Below, one piece after another: positions 12,271-13,398 of a DNA stretch of 13,398 bases. Origin of the DNA: Nitrospira sp. Lineage in GTDB: Bacteria > UBA9089 > CG2-30-40-21 > SBAY01. The notes beneath the pieces were generated by a model that saw only the letters and a list, made by a program, of their open reading frames with translations, had not been told where the DNA came from and made no database searches. The position numbers and the translations under genes were made by a program. The stretch spans positions 1 through 13,398 of the forward strand of contig SBAY01000326.1 of assembly GCA_005239945.1 (NCBI GenBank). The letters are read 5' to 3'. Position 1 is the first letter of the stretch. Every line of letters starts with the position of its first letter.

Positions 12271-12290
12271 GGATAGGAGGAGAGGGAAAA

Positions 12291-12749
12291 ATGAAGAGAC
12301 AATTTGAAATTGTTCCTGTAGAAGGAAGTAAAGATTTAGTTGAAATTACCTTCAAGGAAGGTTTTAAATTCCAGGTGGATAAGAAAAATAAACTCTTTGT
12401 GAAATTTGTGATGATATTGTTGCACTACGCTGGTGGTGCGGCTACCTATTTTGCTCCTCTTTTAGGATTTACCGACCGTGCCTTCCACAATATAAAAGAA
12501 TATTTCAAGGAATCCGGGATTAAATCATTCTATCACGGAAATCATTACAGACAGAATGCCCGTAAAATAATGGATGAAGATATCGGCAGGATATTAACCT
12601 TGATTGTGCAACATCCGACAGAATCTAATCGAGTGATTGCAGATAGGTTTAATGAACAAAGAGATATTAAGATAAGTTTTAGAAGTGTAGAAAGACTGCG
12701 AAATCAATATAAACTATTGAAAAAGAAGAAAAGCAAAAAAATAAAGTAA
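12291..12749 (+). CDS. Hypothetical protein with a C-terminal helix-turn-helix-like segment (transposase/resolvase-type HTH?) and a Lys-rich tail
   Basis: 152 aa from the ATG at 12291, which has RBS AGGAGGAG. The track start at 12255 lies inside the upstream small ORF in another frame and lacks an RBS. The C-terminal segment DIGRILTLIVQHPTESNRVIADRFNEQRDIKISFRSVERLRNQY has an HTH-like pattern. The N-terminal 90 aa has no motif I recognise. Confidence 0.55.
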   Translation: MKRQFEIVPVEGSKDLVEITFKEGFKFQVDKKNKLFVKFVMILLHYAGGAATYFAPLLGFTDRAFHNIKEYFKESGIKSFYHGNHYRQNARKIMDEDIGRILTLIVQHPTESNRVIADRFNEQRDIKISFRSVERLRNQYKLLKKKKSKKIK

Positions 12750-12750
12750 G

Positions 12751-12828
12751 CGGTAATCAGGTAATCAGGTAATCGGTAATCAGGTAATCGGGTAATCGGG
12801 TAATGTAGGAGACCGCTCACCGATTACC
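12751..12828. repeat. (A/G)GGTAATC hepta/octamer tandem array of about 7 units followed by its inverted copy CGATTACC; intergenic hairpin between the 152-aa ORF and the downstream HTH-TPR gene
   Basis: 12751-12804 reads CGGTAATCAGGTAATCAGGTAATCGGTAATCAGGTAATCGGGTAATCGGGTAAT. The loop is GTAGGAGACCGCTCAC. CGATTACC at 12821-12828 is the reverse complement of GGTAATCG. No U-tract follows, so it is not a classic terminator. Confidence 0.7.
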
Positions 12829-12886
12829 AGATTCCACTTCAGATGGCTAAGGTGTTACAAAAAGAGAAGGACAAGGAGGGGTGAGT

Positions 12887-13398
12887 TTGAAGGAAGGACT
12901 TTTTCTCCTGACTGTAGATGAGGTAGCAGATATTCTTCGGGTCAAACAATTAGCCATATTTAAAATGGTTTATACAGGACAAATACGCTCAATCAAGATA
13001 GGGCAGAGAACACTTCGATTTAGAAAAACCGAACCGTATAGATATATCAATGAAAAAGAGAGCCAAAAATTTTATCTTAAAGGAATGAAATTTAAAAATA
13101 TAGGGGATTTAAAAACTGCGATTATTTGCTTTAAAGACGCAAGTAGTATCTATTCCCTGAATAAATTCGCTCAGTTTGAATTGGGTAAAATTTATTATGA
13201 TAATATAAATGAGGATAAAACCTATTATGATTTAGCTAAACGCCGATTTGAGAAGGCATTGGAACTTGATTTCGAGGATAGAAATCTACATTCATATTTA
13301 ACACAGCGCAGCAGAGCCGCAACCAAATCCCAACCTAACGGTTGGAAAAGGAGGTTTATCGCTTTAACCACACCAAGGTATGTCTTTAAAACCTTCTC
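12887..13398 (+). CDS. Partial (3'-truncated by the window end) protein with an N-terminal excisionase/MerR-type HTH (HTH_17-like) followed by TPR-like repeats
   Basis: The frame stays open from 12851 to the window end. The TTG at 12887 lies 7 nt after RBS AAGGAGGGG; an in-frame GTG at 12881 is the alternative start. The N-terminus LLTVDEVADILRVKQLAIFKMVYTGQIRSIKIGQRTLRFRK matches the excisionase-family DNA-binding pattern (LTVxEAAxxLxVSxxTIYRLIxxGxLPAxKIGxxxRI). Starting at the first ATG (12965) would truncate that domain. The downstream segment YYDLAKRRFEKALELD is TPR-like. The gene is absent from the ORF track because it has no stop and no ATG start. Confidence 0.55.
   Translation, partial: MKEGLFLLTVDEVADILRVKQLAIFKMVYTGQIRSIKIGQRTLRFRKTEPYRYINEKESQKFYLKGMKFKNIGDLKTAIICFKDASSIYSLNKFAQFELGKIYYDNINEDKTYYDLAKRRFEKALELDFEDRNLHSYLTQRSRAATKSQPNGWKRRFIALTTPRYVFKTF

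Noticed and set aside
12255-12290. ATG at 12255 as the start of the 164-aa track ORF
   Set aside because: It lies inside the upstream zinc-ribbon ORF in another frame and has no RBS. The ATG at 12291 has an AGGAGGAG RBS.
8146-12828. Possibility that the tandem-repeat arrays are CRISPR arrays
   Set aside because: Units are 7-8 nt and directly abutting, with no unique spacers. No cas genes are present. They are microsatellite-like heptamer tandems, not CRISPR.
795-13347. ACCTAACGATTGGA (795) versus ACCTAACGGTTGGA (13334) near-match
   Set aside because: A 14-15-mer with one mismatch is expected tens of times by chance across both strands of a 13-kb AT-rich window, so it is not significant.

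Overview
This is an AT-rich bacterial chromosomal window with about eleven protein-coding genes: a YgjP/DUF45-like metallopeptidase, a class-I aminotransferase, an SPFH/prohibitin protein, GTP-dependent PEP carboxykinase, a 2TM K+ channel with an RCK domain translationally coupled to a YfhO-family membrane protein, a eukaryote-like JAMM/MPN+ metalloprotease, RecF and LarB. A further candidate three-gene module sits at the 3' end: a 37-aa zinc ribbon missing from the ORF track, a 152-aa HTH protein, and a partial excisionase-type HTH plus TPR protein. No rRNA, tRNA, CRISPR or transposase-bearing mobile element is visible. The unusual content is not a single gene but a dense layer of short repeat elements. 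Several sigma70-consensus promoters (TTGACA-17/18-TATAAT) share an upstream AATTTTTT tract. At least five different heptanucleotide tandem arrays (units TCAGACA, GGTTCAA, GGTAATC, TTTTCGA/TCCAAAA, AATGTCC/AATTAGC) are each paired with an inverted copy, and they occupy almost entire intergenic regions. A 28-bp-arm palindromic MITE-like element with triplicated direct repeats sits in frame inside the yfhO coding sequence. A small palindromic-unit family (ATAGG...CCTATCCGA(A/C)AAA) occurs in two intergenic regions and again inside yfhO. A terminator-like hairpin lies about 20 nt downstream of a strong promoter, suggesting a small RNA or attenuator. Functional calls rest on motifs I can read directly; no database searches were run.
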